Of a stretch of DNA of 10,548 nucleotides, positions 8,397 through 10,548 are shown piece after piece. Position 1 is the first letter of the stretch. Each line of letters opens with the position of its first letter. The notes beneath the pieces were generated by a model, which was given only the letters and a program-made list of their open reading frames with translations, was not told where the DNA came from and made no database searches. Both the position numbers and the translations under genes were made by a program. The stretch comes from Naegleria gruberi (Eukaryota), in assembly GCA_000004985.1 (NCBI GenBank), contig GG739021.1, one strand, 5' to 3'.

Positions 8397-9473
8397 TAAG
8401 GTAAAAAGTTTAATTTCATGTGGATGGATATCATTTTACATGTCATGATGGTAATGAAAGAGATATTGTTGTAGCTTACATTCGTTTTATTTGAAAAAAG
8501 TTGGCTATTTTTATTTAAAAGACAAATATACCAATATAAACTTGTTTTTGTTAAACTGCAAAATATTTATGTAAATGTTAAAATTTGATGGGTTTTATCT
8601 TCTGTTGGTTTAACTTTAAACACTTGGAAGTGGAAAACCTTGAAACTATTCATTGAGAGTATTGATAATTAGAGTACTTAATTTACCAACGTTTGGATGA
8701 CCATTAACTCCTGTTATTTACCATACTGGTAATGATATACAGTGATAACTTTGGAATTGTACAGACAATAGGTTAGTCATTTAAAACTGCACCATTTGCT
8801 TGTATCTGATGTGGTTTAATACAACATTTAAAATCAATTTACGCTAAGTACTGTGGATATGTTTCCGTTTTGTTCTTGAGAAAACTTAAAGTGTTGGTAC
8901 TTGGCTAAGTTGTACCGATATCAGCACCTACTTACAGTATTGTTGTGCACTATAGAGACTCGTTAACATATATGCAAAGTCAGAGTAGTTTGAAAACTAC
9001 TAATACAATATAAAGTGCTCATCAATATGTATGGTATATTATCGTTACCGTATGTGTAAATACACAGCAGTACAACCCAGTTTGAGGTATGTTGGGTTTG
9101 CTACGATATCAAATGTGAGCAACATAACTCATCAAAAACACCAAAGTCAGAACAGCGAACCATGCTAAACCACCCAATACATAATGTAATATTTAGTGGT
9201 ATTTTCTTTTTAGGATCTTATCCACAGTGATAAAATATGATAACACCAATAATCGAAAATTCTAACAAATTGAAACTTTACAAAGTCTGCTATTTGTTGT
9301 GATAGACATGTTAATTACCCAAATCAGCTCATCAATCACGTAACCATTTTACGAGTCAACTGTCGTTAACAACATCAAATAAAAATGCTCACACAAACAC
9401 AGGCAGCAAATACAACCAGTTTTTCCAAAGCTTCTACATTTTGATTCAAGCATCATAATGTACCAACCCAATA

Positions 9474-9941
9474 TTACAAAATAATACATTTTTCCTTTTC
9501 ATCTCTATAATATTCACTTGCAGTTTGTGAAGGCATTTCTTGTTTAATTTGATTTCTTCCCTTAGTATTATTATATTCTCTATATTGAGAATCATCATTA
9601 TATTGTTGTTGATTTGATCTTTTATCAGCAATTATATTTCTTCTTGAATGATGTTGTTGATTATTATAATAAGGTTCATCTAATTCATGTTGTTGATATT
9701 GATCATATTGATCATGATGAGGATGTGAATGTTGTTGTTGTTGATAATATTGTTGTTGATCATCATCTAATTCATATTGTTGATGTTGAATAAAAGGTCC
9801 AACATTTGATTCATATTGATGATTAATACTACCAGGTTGATCATCAATCATATCTAATTGATCTATAATTTCTTGTTCTAATCTTTGTTGATCTAATAAT
9901 TCTTGTTCTCTTCTTTCTTGTTCAATCATTTCTTCTTTCAT
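9474..9941 (-). CDS. Q/H/Y/D-rich low-complexity C-terminal segment ending in CaaX box CIIL. It is probably the tail of the same kinesin-like gene, joined through a +1 frameshift at about 9979-9984.
   Basis: 155-codon ORF (MKEEMIEQERREQELLDQQRLEQ...RDEKEKCIIL*). Its frame stays open upstream of the Met (RRKNLNNQQQELIFDE-MKEE...) back to a TGA that overlaps the previous frame. One extra A in the A6 run would fuse the two frames. The terminal Cys-Ile-Ile-Leu fits the prenylation CaaX consensus with X=Leu. Confidence 0.5.
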   Translation of the reverse strand: MKEEMIEQERREQELLDQQRLEQEIIDQLDMIDDQPGSINHQYESNVGPFIQHQQYELDDDQQQYYQQQQHSHPHHDQYDQYQQHELDEPYYNNQQHHSRRNIIADKRSNQQQYNDDSQYREYNNTKGRNQIKQEMPSQTASEYYRDEKEKCIIL

Positions 9942-9973
9942 TTCATCAAATATTAATTCTTGTTGTTGATTAT

Positions 9974-10173
9974 TTAAATTTTTTCTTCTTCATTTTTAAT
10001 ATGATTACCATGATTACTAATATTTAAAGTACTAGTATTTAAATTATTTTGATTATTAGTATTTAAATTATAATCAGTTTGTATTTCTTTTGATTGTGAT
10101 TGTGGTGGTAATTCAATAGCATTAATAGTTCTATAATAATCTAATGCTTCATCTACTTCATATCCATATAAAT
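9974..10173 (-). CDS. Kinesin-like gene, putative exon 2 (DLYGYEVDEALDYYRTINAIELPPQSQSKEIQTDYNLNTNNQNNLNTSTLNISNHGNHIKNEEEKI*). It ends at TAA inside an A6 homopolymer region.
   Basis: Same strand and orientation as the upstream exon, and in phase if the predicted intron is removed. The frame is listed in the ORF track as 9974..10180. Confidence 0.45.
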
Positions 10174-10307
10174 CTGTCATTATTGATATTTCATTTTTAT
10201 TTATATTATTATTAAATTATTTAAATTATTATTTATATTATTATTTAAATTATTTAAATTATTTAAATTATTATTATTATTAGGTATTAAAGATGATATA
10301 ATCATAC
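10174..10307 (-). other. Putative 134-nt spliceosomal intron (GTATGA...ACAG) in the kinesin-like gene
   Basis: Donor GTATGA with G at +5 and acceptor CAG. The interval is about 10% GC, noticeably lower than the flanking exons. It contains AATTATTTAAATT-type microsatellite repeats. Splicing joins ...NSTLHN to DLYGYEVDEALDYY... in frame. Without splicing the frame stops at 10201-10203 (…NNLIII*), only 20 nt before the next ATG, which is implausibly close for a separate gene. Confidence 0.45.
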
Positions 10308-10548
10308 CATTATGTAAAGTACTATTTAAAATGTTAGAATTTAAAGTATTACTATTTAATAAAATATTATTATTTAAATAATAAAATAATTGATTTTCTA
10401 ATTCTAAAATTCTATTTTTTAATATTTTTTCATTTTGTAATAATAAATTAATTTTATCTAAATTAGGATCACCTCTAATAATTTTTAACTTATTTTTAAT
10501 ATGTTTAGCTCTATCAGCAAAATATAAAGATGATAAAATTCTTCCATA
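10308..10548 (-). CDS. Kinesin-like protein, end of the motor domain (YGRILSSLYFADRAKHIKNK), neck linker and coiled coil (RGDPNLDKINLLLQNEKILKNRILELENQL). The 5' part of the gene is outside the window.
   Basis: Open frame entering from the window edge. LSSLYFADRAKHIKNK matches the conserved kinesin motor C-terminal motif (ETLSTLRFAxRAKxIKNK). It is followed by a neck-linker-like xxDPxxxxLLxxxQxEIxxL pattern and heptad-repeat residues. Confidence 0.65.

Noticed and set aside
8984-9001. Perfect 8+8 inverted repeat AGTAGTTT-GA-AAACTACT
   Set aside because: One such palindrome is about what is expected by chance in 2.5 kb of this composition. There is no second copy or adjacent motif to suggest a binding site.
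9446-9631. 61-aa minus-strand ORF overlapping the kinesin tail in another frame
   Set aside because: Alternative-frame overlap with a longer, compositionally coherent Q/H/Y-rich frame. No independent start context.
1-10548. Prokaryote-style systems (CRISPR arrays, toxin-antitoxin pairs, restriction or defence operons)
   Set aside because: The sequence is eukaryotic (kinesin, UBX fold, spliceosomal intron, Pol III tRNA with T-run terminator, TATA boxes). There are no direct-repeat/spacer arrays and no compact same-strand gene clusters.

Overview
This window reads as eukaryotic nuclear DNA from a very AT-rich genome, most like a dictyostelid social amoeba (inference from poly-Asn/Gln/Ser coding tracts, AAT/AAA/TTA codon bias and a short AT-rich intron). 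It is not a prokaryotic accessory island. I found no CRISPR array, operon or defence-system architecture. Two runs of N are assembly gaps (1122-1632 and 4199-6359), and the window begins exactly at the first base of a repeat, which points to a draft assembly broken at repeats. Four features are well supported. (1) tRNA-Asp(GUC) on the minus strand at 2622-2692, followed by a T5 Pol III terminator. (2) A plus-strand gene from 3045 for a low-complexity protein with a UBX-like ubiquitin-fold domain and a coiled coil; its 3' end is lost in the gap. (3) The N-terminal 176 codons of ATP-dependent phosphoenolpyruvate carboxykinase (pckA, fungal/protist type) on the minus strand at 6360-6887, with an imperfect tandem G-rich repeat in its promoter. 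(4) The C-terminal end of a kinesin-like gene on the minus strand (motor-domain end, neck linker and coiled coil entering at 10548). It probably continues across a 134-nt intron and a homopolymer frameshift to a Q/H/Y-rich tail that ends in a CaaX box (CIIL). Two regions stand out on composition. Region 1-2250 is bounded by two copies of a 71/72-nt hairpin-forming direct repeat and contains an orphan ORF with atypical codon usage. Region 7000-9470 is a 2.5-kb stretch of roughly 30-45% G+C with no ORF of note. Both lie next to the tRNA gene or between genes and are the most likely places for mobile-element remnants or unannotated ncRNA. I could not identify either from memory and claim no family assignment.
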